64,000 nt of DNA from Eledone cirrhosa (lineage: Eukaryota). Position 1 is the stretch's first letter. Every line of letters starts with the position of its first letter. Shown here piece after piece: positions 23,301 through 37,500 of the stretch. The DNA lies in contig OZ024744.1 of the NCBI GenBank assembly GCA_964016885.1, positions 23,002,001 to 23,066,000 of the forward strand. The letters run 5' to 3'. Below the pieces are notes generated by a model. It made no database searches. It saw nothing but the letters and a program-made list of their open reading frames with translations, and had not been told where the DNA came from. The position numbers and the translations under genes were made by a program.

Positions 23301-26300
23301 AACTGTTGTTAAAACGAGTTTTATCTTAAGATTCAGCTGTTGTTAAAACGAGTCAGTTCTTAAGATTCAACTGTTGTTAAAACGAATCAGTTCTTAAGAT
23401 TCAACTGTTGTTAAAATGAGTCAGTTCTTAAGATTCAACTGTTGTAAAACGAGTTTTATCTTAAGATTCAGCTGTTGTTAAAACGAGTCAGTTCTTAAGA
23501 TTCAACTGTTGTTAAAACGAGTTTTATCTTAAGATTCAACTGTTGTTAAAACGAATCAGTTCTTAAGATTCAACTGTTGTTAAAACTAATTTTATTTGAA
23601 GATTCAACTGTTGTTAAGATGAGTCAGTTCTTAAGGTTGAACTGTTGATAAAACGAGTCAGTTCTTAAGATTCAACTGTTGTTAAAACGAGTTTTATCTT
23701 AAGATTTAGCTGTTGTTAAAACGAGTCAGTTCTTAAGATTCAACTGTTGTTAAAACGAGTTTATCTTAAAATTCAGCCGTTGTTAAAACGAGTCAGTTCT
23801 TAAGATTCAACTGTTGTTAAAACGAGTTTTATCTTAAGATTCAACTGTTGTTAAAATGAGTCAGTTCTTAAGATTCAACTGTTGTTAAAACGAGTTTTAT
23901 TTGAGGATTCAACTGTTGTTAAAACGAGTCAGTTCTTAAGGTTGAACTGTTGATAAAACGAGTCAGTTCTTAAGATTCAACTGTTGTTAAAACGAGTTTT
24001 ATCTTAAGATTCAACTGTTGTTAAAATGAGTCAGTTCTTAAGATTCAACTGTTGTTAAAACGAGTTTTATCTTAAGATTCAACTGTTGTTAAAACGAGTC
24101 AGTTCTTAAGATTCAACTGTTGTTAAAACGAGTTTTATTTGAAGATTCAACTGTTGTTAAAACGAGTCAGTGCTTAAGGTTGAACTGTTGATAAAACGAG
24201 TCAGTTCTTAAGATTCAACTGTTGTTAAAACGAATTTTATCTTAAGATTCAACTGTTGTTAAAACGAGTTTTATCTTAAGATTCAGCTGTTGTTAAAACG
24301 AATCAGCTCTTAAGATTCAACTGTTGTTAAAACGAATTTTATTTGAAGATTCAACTGTTGTTAAGATGAGTCAGTTCTTAAGGTTGAACTGTTCATAAAA
24401 CGAGTCAATTCTTAAGATTCAACTGTTGTTAAAACGAGTTTTATCTTAAGATTTAGCTGTTGTTAAAACGAGTTAGTTCTTAAGATTCAACTGTTGTTAA
24501 AACGAGTTTATCTTAAAATTCAGCCGTTGTTAAAACGAGTCAGTTCTTAAGATTCAACTGTTGTTAAAACGAGTTTTATCTTAAGATTCAACTGTTGTTA
24601 AAACGAGTTTTATCTTAAGATTCAGCTGTTGTTAAAACGAGTCAGTTCTTAAGATTCAACTGTTGTTAAAACGAGTGTTATCTTAAGATTCATCTGTTGT
24701 TAAAACGAGTCAGTTCTGAAGAATCAACTGTTGTTAAAACGAGTTTTATTTGAAGATTCAACTGTTGTTAAAACGAGTCAGTGCTTAAGGTTGAACTGTT
24801 GATAAAACGAGTCAGTTCTTAAGATTCAACTGTTGTTAAAACGAGTTTTATCTTAAGATTCAGATGTTGTTAAAACGAGTCAGTTCTTAAGATTCAACTG
24901 TTGTTAAAACGAATTTTATCTTAAGATTCAACTGTTGTTAAAACGAGTTTTATCTTAAGATTCAGCTGTTGTTAAAATGAATCAGTTCTTAAGATTCAAC
25001 TGTTGTTAAAACGAGTTTTATTTGAAGATTCAACTGTTGTTAAGACGAGTCAGTTCTTAAGGTTGAACTCTTGATAAAACGAGTCAGTTCTTAAGATTCA
25101 ACTGTTGTAAAACGAGTTTTATCTTAAGATTCAGCTGTTGTTAAAACGAGTCAGTTCTTTAGATTCAACTGTTGTTAAAACGAGTTTTATCTTAAGATTC
25201 AACTGTTGTTAAAACGAATCAGTTCTTAAGATTCAACTGTTGTTAAAATGAGTCAGTTCTTAAGATTCAACTGTTGTAAAAACTAGTTTCATCTTAAGAT
25301 TCAACTGTTGTTAAAACTAGTCAGTTCTTAAGATTCAACTGTAGTTAAAACGAGTTTTATCTGAAGATTCAACTGTTGTTAAAACGAATCAGTTCTTAAG
25401 ATTCAGCTGTTGTTAAAATGAGTCAGTTCTTAAGATTCAACTGTTGTTAAAACGAGTTTTATCTTAAGATTCAACTGTTGTTAAAACGAGTCAGTTCTGA
25501 AGAATCAACTGTTGTTAAAACGAGTTTTATCTGAAGATTCAACTGTTGTTAAAACGAATCAGTTCTTAAGATTCAACTGTTGTTAAAATGAGTCAGCTCT
25601 TAAGATTCAACTGTTGTTAAAACGAGTTTTATCTTAAGATTCAACTGTTGTTAAAACGAGTCAGTTCTTAAGATTCAACTGTTGTTAAAACGAGTTTTAT
25701 TTGAGGATTCAACTGTTGTTAAAACGAGTCAGTTCTTAAGGTTGAACTGTTGATAAAACGAGTCAGTTCTTAAGATTCAACTGTTGTTAAAACGAGTTTT
25801 ATCTAAAGATTCAGCTGTTGTTAAAATGAGTCAGTTCTTAAGATTCAACTGTTGTTAAAACGAGTTTTATCTTAAGATTCAGCTGTTGTTAAAACGAATC
25901 AGTTCTTAAGATTCAACTGTTGTTAAAACGAGTTTTATTTGAAGATTCAACTGTTGTAAAACGAGTTTTATCTTAAGATTCAGCTGTTGTTAAAACGAGT
26001 CAGTTCTTAAGATTCAACTGTTGTTAAAACGAGTTTTATCTTAAGATTCAACTGTTGTTAAAACGAATCAATTCTTAAGATTCAACTGTTGTTAAAATGA
26101 GTCAGTTCTTAAGATTCAACTGTTGTTAAAACGAGTTTTATCTTAAGATTCAACTGTTGTTAAAACGAGTCAGTTCTTAAGATTCAACTGTAGTTAAAAC
26201 GAGTTTTATCTGAAGATTCAACTGTTGTTAAAACGAATCAGTTGTTAAGATTCAACTGTTGTTAAAATGAGTCAGTTCTTAAGATTCAACTGTTGTTAAA

Positions 26301-29300
26301 ACGAGTTTTATCTTAAGATTCAACTGTTGTTAAAACGAGTCAGTTCTTAAGATTCAACTGTTGTTAAAACGAGTTTTATCTTAAGATTCAACTGTTGTTA
26401 AAATGAGTCAGTTCTTAAGATTCAACCGTTGTTAAAACGAGTTTTATCTTAAGATTCAACTGTTGTTAAAACGAGTCAGTTCTTAAGATTCAACTGTTGT
26501 TAAAGCGAGTTTTATTTGAAGATTCAACTGTTGTTAAAACGAGTCAGTGCTTAAGGTTGAACTGTTGATAAAACGAGTCAGTTCTTAAGATTCAACTGTT
26601 GTTAAAACGAGTTTTGTCTTAAGATTCAGCTGTTGTTAAAACGAGTCAGTTCTTAAGATTCAACTGTTGTTAAAACGAATTTTATCTAAAGATTCAACTG
26701 TTGTTAAAACGAGTCAGTTCTTAAGATTCAACTGTTGTTAAAACTAATTTTATTTGAAGATTCAACTGTTGTTAAGATGAGTCAGTTCTTAAGGTTGAAC
26801 TGTTGATAAAACGAGTCAGTTCTTAAGATTCAACTGTTGTTAAAACGAGTTTTATCTTAAAATTCAGCCGTTGTTAAAACGAGTCAGTTCTTAAGATTCA
26901 ACTGTTGTTAAAACGAGTTTTATCTTAAGATTCAACTGTTGTTAAAATGAGTCAGTTCTTAAGATTCAACTGTTGTTAAAACGAGTTTTATTTGAGGATT
27001 CAACTGTTGTTAAAACGAGTCAGTTCTTAAGGTTGAACTGTTGATAAAACGAGTCAGTTCTTAAGATTCAACTGTTGTTAAAACGAGTTTTATCTTAAGA
27101 TTCAACTGTTGTTAAAATGAGTCAGTTCTTAAGATTCAACTGTTGTTAAAACGAGTTTTATCTTAAGATTCAACTGTTGTTAAAACGAGTCAGTTCTTAA
27201 GATTCAACTGTTGTTAAAACGAGTTTTATTTGAAGATTCAACTGTTGTTAAAACGAGTCAGTGCTTAAGGTTGAACTGTTGATAAAACGAGTCAGTTCTT
27301 AAGATTCAACTGTTGTTAAAAAGAGTTTTATCTTAAGATTCAGCTGTTGTTAAAACGAGTCAGTTCTTAAGATTCAACTGTTGTTAAAACGAATTTTATC
27401 TTAAGATTCAACTGTTGTTAAAACGAGTTTTATCTTAAGATTCAGCTGTTGTTAAAACGAATCAGCTCTTAAGATTCAACTGTTGTTAAAACGAATTTTA
27501 TTTGAAGATTCAACTGTTGTTAAGATGAGTCAGTTCTTAAGGTTGAACTGTTCATAAAACGAGTCAGTTCTTAAGATTCAACTGTTGTTAAAACGAGTTT
27601 TATCTTAAGATTTAGCTGTTGTTAAAACGAGTTAGTTCTTAAGATTCAACTGTTGTTAAAACGAGTTTATCTTAAAATTCAGCCGTTGTTAAAACGAGTC
27701 AGTTCTTAAGATTCAACTGTTGTTAAAACGAGTTTTATCTTAAGATTCAACTGTTGTTAAAACGAGTTTTATCTTCAGATTCAGCTGTTGTTAAAACGAG
27801 TCAGTTCTTAAGATTCAACTGTTGTTAAACGAATTTTATCTTAAGATTCAACTGTTGTTAAAACGAGTTTTATCTTAAGATTCAGCTGTTGTTAAAACGA
27901 ATCAGTTCTTAAGATTCAACTGTTGTTAAAACGAGTTTTATCTTAAGATTCAACTGTTGTTAAAACGAATCAGTTCTTAAGATTCAACTGTTGTTAAAAC
28001 GAGTGTTATCTTAAGATTCATCTGTTGTTAAAACGAATCAGTTCTGAAGAATCAGCTGTTGTTGAAACGAGTTTTATTTGAAGATTCAACTGTTGTTAAA
28101 ACGAGTCAGTGCTTAAGGTTGAACTGTTGATAAAACGAGTCAGTTCTTAAGATTCAACTGTTGTTAAAACGAGTTTTATCTTAAGATTCAGATGTTGTTA
28201 AAACGAGTCAGTTCTTAAGATTCAACTGTTGTTAAAACGAATTTTATCTTAAGATTCAACTGTTGTTAAAACGAGTTTTATCTTAAGATTCAGCTGTTGT
28301 TAAAACGAATCAGTTCTTAAGATTCAACTGTTGTTAAAACGAGTTTTATTTGAAGATTCAACTGTTGTTAAGACGAGTCAGTTCTTAAGGTTGAACTCTT
28401 GATAAAACGAGTCAGTTCTTAAGATTCAACTGTTGTAAAACGAGTTTTATCTTAAGATTCAGCTGTTGTTAAAACGAGTCAGTTCTTAAGATTCAACTGT
28501 TGTTAAAACGAGTTTTATCTTAAGATTCAACTGTTGTTAAAACGAATCAGTTCTTAAGATTCAACTGTTGTTAAAATGAGTCAGTTCTTAAGATTCAACT
28601 GTTGTAATAACTAGTTTCATCTTAAGATTCAACTGTTGTTAAAATGAGTCAGCTCTTAAGATTCAACTGTTGTTAAAACGAGTTTTATCTTAAGATTCAA
28701 CTGTTGTTAAAACGAGTCAGTTCTTAAGATTCAACTGTTGTTAAAACGAGTTTTATTTGAGGATTCAACTGTTGTTAAAACGAGTCATTTCTTAAGGTTG
28801 AACTGTTGATAAAACGAGTCAGTTCTTAAGATTCAACTGTTGTTAAAACGAGTTTTATCTAAAGATTCAGCTGTTGTTAAAATGAGTCAGTTCTTAAGAT
28901 TCAACTGTTGTTAAAACGAGTTTTATCTTAAGATTCAACTGTTGTTAAAACGAGTCAGTTCTGAAGAATCAACTGTTGTTAAAACGAGTTTTATTTGAAG
29001 ATTCAACTGTTGTTAAAACGAGTTTTATCTTAAGATTCAGCTGTTGTTAAAACGAGTCAGTTCTTAAGATACAACTGTTGTTAAGACGAATTTTATCTTA
29101 AGATTCAACTGTTGTTAAAACGAGTTTTATCTTAAGATTCAGCTGTTGTTAAAACGAATCAGTTCTTAAGATTCAACTGTTGTTAAAACGAGTTTTATTT
29201 GAAGATTCAACTGTTGTAAAACGAGTTTTATCTTAAGATTCAGCTGTTGTTAAAACGAGTCAGTTCTTAAGATTCAACTGTTGTTAAAACGAGTTTTATC

Positions 29301-29530
29301 TTAAGATTCAGCTGTTGTTAAAACGAGTCAGTTCTTAAGATTCAACTGTTGTTAAAACGAATCAGTTCTTAAGATTCAACTGTTGTTAAAATGAGTCAGT
29401 TCTTAAGATTCAACTGTTGTAAAACGAGTTTTATCTTAAGATTCAGCTGTTGTTAAAACGAGTCAGTTCTTAAGATTCAACTGTTGTTAAAACGAGTTTT
29501 ATCTTAAGATTCAACTGTTGTTAAAACGAA
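17350..29530. repeat. Higher-order repeat domain 3: ~6-kb duplication with whole-monomer indels (offsets ~5840-6180 bp)
   Basis: TAAAACTAAT context at 17401/23581 (offset 6180); TCTGAAGAATC...ATCTGAAG at 19651/25491 (5840); TTTTGTCTT marker G at 20674/26616 (5942); AAGATACAACTGTTGTTAAGAC at 23091/29066 (5975). Confidence 0.8.
18170..19510. repeat. Local tandem duplication of a 713-bp (21-monomer) block
   Basis: GAGTCAATTC at 18290/19003 and GAGTGTTATC at 18561/19274, with the same order of intervening variants. Confidence 0.85.
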
Positions 29531-31589
29531 TCAGTTCTTAAGATTCAACTGTTGTTAAAATGAGTCAGTTCTTAAGATTCAACTGTTGTAAAACGAGTTT
29601 TATCTTAAGATTCAGCTGTTGTTAAAACGAGTCAGTTCTTAAGATTCAACTGTAGTTAAAACGAGTTTTATCTGAAGATTCAACTGTTGTTAAAACGAAT
29701 CAGTTCTTAAGATTCAACTGTTGTTAAAACGAGTTTTATCTTAAGATTCAACTGTTGTTAAAACGAGTCAGTTCTTAAGATTCAACTGTTGTTAAAACGA
29801 GTTTTATCTTAAGATTCAACTGTTGTTAAAATGAGTCAGTTCTTAAGATTCAACCGTTGTTAAAACGAGTTTTATCTTAAGATTCAACTGTTGTTAAAAC
29901 GAGTCAGTTCTTAAGATTCAACTGTTGTTAAAGCGAGTTTTATTTGAAGATTCAACTGTTGTTAAAACGAGTCAGTGCTTAAGGTTGAACTGTTGATAAA
30001 ACGAGTCAGTTCTTAAGATTCAACTGTTGTTAAAACGAGTTTTATTTGAGGATTCAACTGTTGTTAAAACGAGTCATTTCTTAAGGTTGAACTGTTGATA
30101 AAACGAGTCAGTTCTTAAGATTCAACTGTTGTTAAAACGAGTTTTATCTAAAGATTCAGCTGTTGTTAAAATGAGTCAGTTCTTAAGATTCAACTGTTGT
30201 TAAAACGAGTTTTATCTTAAGATTCAACTGTTGTTAAAACGAGTCAGTTCTGAAGAATCAACTGTTGTTAAAACGAGTTTTATTTGAAGATTCAACTGTT
30301 GTTAAAACGAGTTTTATCTTAAGATTCAGCTGTTGTTAAAACGAGTCAGTTCTTAAGATACAACTGTTGTTAAGACGAATTTTATCTTAAGATTCAACTG
30401 TTGTTAAAACGAGTTTTATCTTAAGATTCAGCTGTTGTTAAAACGAATCAGTTCTTAAGATTCAACTGTTGTTAAAACGAGTTTTATCTTAAGATTCAGC
30501 TGTTGTTAAAACGAGTCAGTTCTTAAGATTCAACTGTTGTTAAAACGAATCAGTTCTTAAGATTCAACTGTTGTTAAAATGAGTCAGTTCTTAAGATTCA
30601 ACTGTTGTAAAACGAGTTTTATCTTAAGATTCAGCTGTTGTTAAAACGAGTCAGTTCTTAAGATTCAACTGTTGTTAAAACGAGTTTTATCTTAAGATTC
30701 AACTGTTGTTAAAACGAATCAGTTCTTAAGATTCAACTGTTGTTAAAATGAGTCAGTTCTTAAGATTCAACTGTTGTAAAACGAGTTTTATCTTAAGATT
30801 CAGCTGTTGTTAAAACGAGTCAGTTCTTAAGATTCAACTGTAGTTAAAACGAGTTTTATCTGAAGATTCAACTGTTGTTAAAACGAATCAGTTGTTAAGA
30901 TTCAACTGTTGTTAAAATGAGTCAGTTCTTAAGATTCAACTGTTGTTAAAACGAGTTTTATCTTAAGATTCAACTGTTGTTAAAACGAGTCAGTTCTTAA
31001 GATTCAACTGTTGTTAAAACGAGTTTTATCTTAAGATTCAACTGTTGTTAAAATGAGTCAGTTCTTAAGATTCAACCGTTGTTAAAACGAGTTTTATCTT
31101 AAGATTCAACTGTTGTTAAAACGAGTCAGTTCTTAAGATTCAACTGTTGTTAAAGCGAGTTTTATTTGAAGATTCAACTGTTGTTAAAACGAGTCAGTGC
31201 TTAAGGTTGAACTGTTGATAAAACGAGTCAGTTCTTAAGATTCAACTGTTGTTAAAACGAGTTTTATCTTAAGATTCAGCTGTTGTTAAAACGAGTCAGT
31301 TCTTAAGATTCAACTGTTGTTAAAACGAATTTTATCTTAAGATTCAACTGTTGTTAAAACGAGTTTTATCTTAAGATTCAGCTGTTGTTAAAACGAATCA
31401 GTTCTTAAGATTCAACTGTTGTTAAAACTAATTTTATTTGAAGATTCAACTGTTGTTAAGATGAGTCAGTTCTTAAGGTTGAACTGTTGATAAAACGAGT
31501 CAGTTCTTAAGATTCAACTGTTGTTAAAACGAGTTTTATCTTAAGATTTAGCTGTTGTTAAAACGAGTCAGTTCTTAAGATTCAACTGT

Positions 31590-34500
31590 TGTTAAAACGA
31601 GTTTATCTTAAAATTCAGCCGTTGTTAAAACGAGTCAGTTCTTAATATTCAACTGTTGTTAAAACGAGTTTTATCTTAAGATTCAACTGTTGTTAAAATG
31701 AGTCAGTTCTTAAGATTCAACTGTTGTTAAAACGAGTTTTATTTGAGGATTCAACTGTTGTTAAAACGAGTCAGTTCTTAAAGTTGAACTGTTGATAAAA
31801 CGAGTCAGTTCTTAAGATTCAACTGTTGTTAAAACGAGTTTTATCTTAAGATTCAACTGTTGTTAAAATGAGTCAGTTCTTAAGATTCAACTGTTGTTAA
31901 AACGAGTTTTATCTTAAGATTCAACTGTTGTTAAAACGAGTTTTATCTTAAGATTCAGCTGTTGTTAAAACGAGTCAGTTCTTAAGATTCAACTGTTGTT
32001 AAAACGAGTGTTATCTTAAGATTCATCTGTTGTTAAAACGAGTCAGTTCTGAAGAATCAACTGTTGTTAAAACGAGTTTTATTTGAAGATTCAACTGTTG
32101 TTAAAACGAGTCAGTGCTTAAGGTTGAACTGTTGATAAAACGAGTCAGTTCTTAAGATTCAACTGTTGTTAAAACGAGTTTTATCTTAAGATTCAGATGT
32201 TGTTAAAACGAGTCAGTTCTTAAGATTCAACTGTTGTTAAAACGAATTTTATCTTAAGATTCAACTGTTGTTAAAACGAGTTTTATCTTAAGATTCAGCT
32301 GTTGTTAAAATGAATCAGTTCTTAAGATTCAACTGTTGTTAAAACGAGTTTTATTTGAAGATTCAACTGTTGTTAAGACGAGTCAGTTCTTAAGGTTGAA
32401 CTCTTGATAAAACGAGTCAGTTCTTAAGATTCAACTGTTGTAAAACGAGTTTTATCTTAAGATTCAACTGTTGTTAAAATGAGTCAGTTCTTAAGATTCA
32501 ACCGTTGTTAAAACGAGTTTTATCTTAAGATTCAACTGTTGTTAAAATGAGTCAGTTCTTAAGATTCAACCGTTGTTAAAACGAGTTTTATCTTAAGATT
32601 CAACTGTTGTTAAAACGAGTCAGTTCTTAAGATTCAACTGTTGTTAAAGCGAGTTTTATTTGAAGATTCAACTGTTGTTAAAACGTGTCAGTGCTTAAGG
32701 TTGAACTGTTGATAAAACGAGTCAGTTCTTAAGATTCAACTGTTGTTAAAACGAGTTTTGTCTTAAGATTCAGCTGTTGTTAAAACGAGTCAGTTCTTAA
32801 GATTCAACTGTTGTTAAAACGAATTTTATCTAAAGATTCAACTGTTGTTAAAACGAGTTTTATCTTAAGATTCAGCTGTTGTTAAAACGAATCAGTTCTT
32901 AAGATTCAACTGTTGTTAAAACTAATTTTATTTGAAGATTCAACTGTTGTTAAGATGAGTCAGTTCTTAAGGTTGAACTGTTGATAAAACGAGTCAGTTC
33001 TTAAGATTCAACTGTTGTTAAAACGAGTTTTATCTTAAAATTCAGCCGTTGTTAAAACGAGTCAGTTCTTAAGATTCAACTGTTGTTAAAACGAGTTTTA
33101 TCTTAATATTCAACTGTTGTTAAAATGAGTCAGTTCTTAAGATTCAACTGTTGTTAAAACGAGTTTTATTTGAGGATTCAACTGTTGTTAAAACGAGTCA
33201 GTTCTTAAGGTTGAACTGTTGATAAAACGAGTCAGTTCTTAAGATTCAACTGTTGTTAAAACGAGTTTATCTTAAAATTCAGCCGTTGTTAAAACGAGTC
33301 AGTTCTTAATATTCAACTGTTGTTAAAACGAGTTTTATCTTAAGATTCAACTGTTGTTAAAATGAGTCAGTTCTTAAGATTCAACTGTTGTTAAAACGAG
33401 TTTTATTTGAGGATTCAACTGTTGTTAAAACGAGTCAGTTCTTAAAGTTGAACTGTTGATAAAACGAGTCAGTTCTTAAGATTCAACTGTTGTTAAAACG
33501 AGTTTTATCTTAAGATTCAACTGTTGTTAAAATGAGTCAGTTCTTAAGATTCAACTGTTGTTAAAACGAGTTTTATCTTAAGATTCAACTGTTGTTAAAA
33601 CGAGTTTTATCTTAAGATTCAGCTGTTGTTAAAACGAGTCAGTTCTTAAGATTCAACTGTTGTTAAAACGAGTGTTATCTTAAGATTCATCTGTTGTTAA
33701 AACGAGTCAGTTCTGAAGAATCAACTGTTGTTAAAACGAGTTTTATTTGAAGATTCAACTGTTGTTAAAACGAGTCAGTGCTTAAGGTTGAACTGTTGAT
33801 AAAACGAGTCAGTTCTTAAGATTCAACTGTTGTTAAAACGAGTTTTATCTTAAGATTCAGATGTTGTTAAAACGAGTCAGTTCTTAAGATTCAACTGTTG
33901 TTAAAACGAATTTTATCTTAAGATTCAACTGTTGTTAAAACGAGTTTTATCTTAAGATTCAGCTGTTGTTAAAATGAATCAGTTCTTAAGATTCAACTGT
34001 TGTTAAAACGAGTTTTATTTGAAGATTCAACTGTTGTTAAGACGAGTCAGTTCTTAAGGTTGAACTCTTGATAAAACGAGTCAGTTCTTAAGATTCAACT
34101 GTTGTAAAACGAGTTTTATCTTAAGATTCAACTGTTGTTAAAATGAGTCAGTTCTTAAGATTCAACCGTTGTTAAAACGAGTTTTATCTTAAGATTCAAC
34201 TGTTGTTAAAATGAGTCAGTTCTTAAGATTCAACCGTTGTTAAAACGAGTTTTATCTTAAGATTCAACTGTTGTTAAAACGAGTCAGTTCTTAAGATTCA
34301 ACTGTTGTTAAAGCGAGTTTTATTTGAAGATTCAACTGTTGTTAAAACGAGTCAGTGCTTAAGGTTGAACTGTTGATAAAACGAGTCAGTTCTTAAGATT
34401 CAACTGTTGTTAAAACGAGTTTTGTCTTAAGATTCAGCTGTTGTTAAAACGAGTCAGTTCTTAAGATTCAACTGTTGTTAAAACGAATTTTATCTAAAGA

Positions 34501-37500
34501 TTCAACTGTTGTTAAAACGAGTTTTATCTTAAGATTCAGCTGTTGTTAAAACGAATCAGTTCTTAAGATTCAACTGTTGTTAAAACTAATTTTATTTGAA
34601 GATTCAACTGTTGTTAAGATGAGTCAGTTCTTAAGGTTGAACTGTTGATAAAACGAGTCAGTTCTTAAGATTCAACTGTTGTTAAAACGAGTTTTATCTT
34701 AAAATTCAGCCGTTGTTAAAACGAGTCAGTTCTTAAGATTCAACTGTTGTTAAAACGAGTTTTATCTTAATATTCAACTGTTGTTAAAATGAGTCAGTTC
34801 TTAAGATTCAACTGTTGTTAAAACGAGTTTTATTTGAGGATTCAACTGTTGTTAAAACGAGTCAGTTCTTAAGGTTGAACTGTTAATAAAACGAGTCAGT
34901 TCTTAAGATTCAACTGTTGTTAAAACGAGTTTTATCTTAAGATTCAACTGTTGTTAAAATGAGTCAGTTCTTAAGATTCAACTGTTGTTAAAACGAGTTT
35001 TATCTTAAGATTCAACTGTTGTTAAAACGAGTCAGTTCTTAAGATTCAACTGTTGTTAAAACGAGTTTTATTTGAAGATTCAACTGTTGTTAAAACGAGT
35101 CAGTGCTTAAGGTTGAACTGTTGATAAAACGAGTCAGTTCTTAAGATTCAACTGTTGTTAAAAAGAGTTTTATCTTAAGATTCAGCTGTTGTTAAAACGA
35201 GTCAGTTCTTAAGATTCAACTGTTGTTAAAACGAATTTTATCTTAAGATTCAACTGTTGTTAAAACGAGTTTTATCTTAAGATTCAGCTGTTGTTAAAAC
35301 GAATCAGCTCTTAAGATTCAACTGTTGTTAAAACGAATTTTATTTGAAGATTCAACTGTTGTTAAGATGAGTCAGTTCTTAAGGTTGAACTGTTCATAAA
35401 ACGAGTCAGTTCTTAAGATTCAACTGTTGTTAAAACGAGTTTTATCTTAAGATTTAGCTGTTGTTAAAACGAGTTAGTTCTTAAGATTCAACTGTTGTTA
35501 AAACGAGTTTATCTTAAAATTCAGCCATTGTTAAAACGAGTCAGTTCTTAAGATTCAACTGTTGTTAAAACGAGTTTTATCTTAAGATTCAACTGTTGTT
35601 AAAACGAGTTTTATCTTAAGATTCAGCTGTTGTTAAAACGAGTCAGTTCTTAAGATTCAACTGTTGTTAAACGAATTTTATCTTAAGATTCAACTCTTGT
35701 TAAAACGAGTTTTATCTTAAGATTCAGCTGTTGTTAAAACGAATCAGTTCTTAAGATTCAACTGTTGTTAAAACTCGTTTTATCTTAAGATTCAACTGTT
35801 GTTAAAACGAATCAGTTCTTAAGATTCAACTGTTGTTAAAACGAGTGTTATCTTAAGATTCATCTGTTGTTAAAACGAATCAGTTCTGAAGAATCAACTG
35901 TTGTTAAAACGAGTTTTATTTGAAGATTCAACTGTTGTTAAAACGAGTCAGTGCTTTAGGTTGAACTGTTGATAAAACGAGTCAGTTCTTAAGATTCAAC
36001 TGTTGTTAAAACGAGTTTTATCTTAAGATTCAGATGTTGTTAAAACGAGTCAGTTCTTAAGATTCAACTGTTGTTAAAACGAATTTTATCTTAAGATTCA
36101 ACTGTTGTTAAAACGAGTTTTATCTTAAGATTCAGCTATTGTTAAAACGAATCAGTTCTTAAGATTCAACTGTTGTTAAAACGAGTTTTATTTGAAGATT
36201 CAACTGTTGTTAAGACGAGTCAGTTCTTAAGGTTGAACTCTTGATAAAACGAGTTAGTTCTTAAGATTCAACTGTTGTTAAAACGAGTTTTATTTGAAGA
36301 TTCAACTGTTGTAAAACGAGTTTTATCTTAAGATTCAGCTGTTGTTAAAACGAGTCAGTTCTTAAGATTCAACTGTTGTTAAAACGAGTTTTATCTTAAG
36401 ATTCAGCTGTTGTTAAAACGAGTCAGTTCTTAAGATTCAACTGTTGTTAAAACGAATCAGTTCTTAAGATTCAACTGTTGTTAAAATGAGTCAGTTCTTA
36501 AGATTCAACTGTTGTTAAAACGAGTTTTATCTTAAGATTCAACTGTTGTTAAAACGAGTCAGTTCTTAAGATTCAACTGTTGTTAAAACGAGTTTTATCT
36601 TAAGATTCAACTGTTGTTAAAACGAATCAGTTCTTAAGATTCAACTGTTGTTAAAATGAGTCAGTTCTTAAGATTCAACTGTTGTAAAACGAGTTTTATC
36701 TTAAGATTCAGCTGTTGTTAAAACGAGTCAGTTCTTAAGATTCAACTGTAGTTAAAACGAGTTTTATCTGAAGATTCAACTGTTGTTAAAACGAATCAGT
36801 TGTTAAGATTCAACTGTTGTTAAAATGAGTCAGTTCTTAAGATTCAACTGTTGTTAAAACGAGTTTTATCTTAAGATTCAACTGTTGTTAAAACGAGTCA
36901 GTTCTTAAGATTCAACTGTTGTTAAAACGAGTTTTATCTTAAGATTCAACTGTTGTTAAAATGAGTCAGTTCTTAAGATTCAACCGTTGTTAAAACGAGT
37001 TTTATCTTAAGATTCAACTGTTGTTAAAACGAGTCAGTTCTTAAGATTCAACTGTTGTTAAAGCGAGTTTTATTTGAAGATTCAACTGTTGTTAAAACGA
37101 GTCAGTGCTTAAGGTTGAACTGTTGATAAAACGAGTCAGTTCTTAAGATTCAACTGTTGTTAAAACGAGTTTTATCTTAAGATTCAGCTGTTGTTAAAAC
37201 GAGTCAGTTCTTAAGATTCAACTGTTGTTAAAACGAATTTTATCTTAAGATTCAACTGTTGTTAAAACGAGTTTTATCTTAAGATTCAGCTGTTGTTAAA
37301 ACGAATCAGTTCTTAAGATTCAACTGTTGTTAAAACTAATTTTATTTGAAGATTCAACTGTTGTTAAGATGAGTCAGTTCTTAAGGTTGAACTGTTGATA
37401 AAACGAGTCAGTACTTAAGATTCAACTGTTGTTAAAACGAGTTTTATCTTAAGATTTAGCTGTTGTTAAAACGAGTCAGTTCTTAAGATTCAACTGTTGT

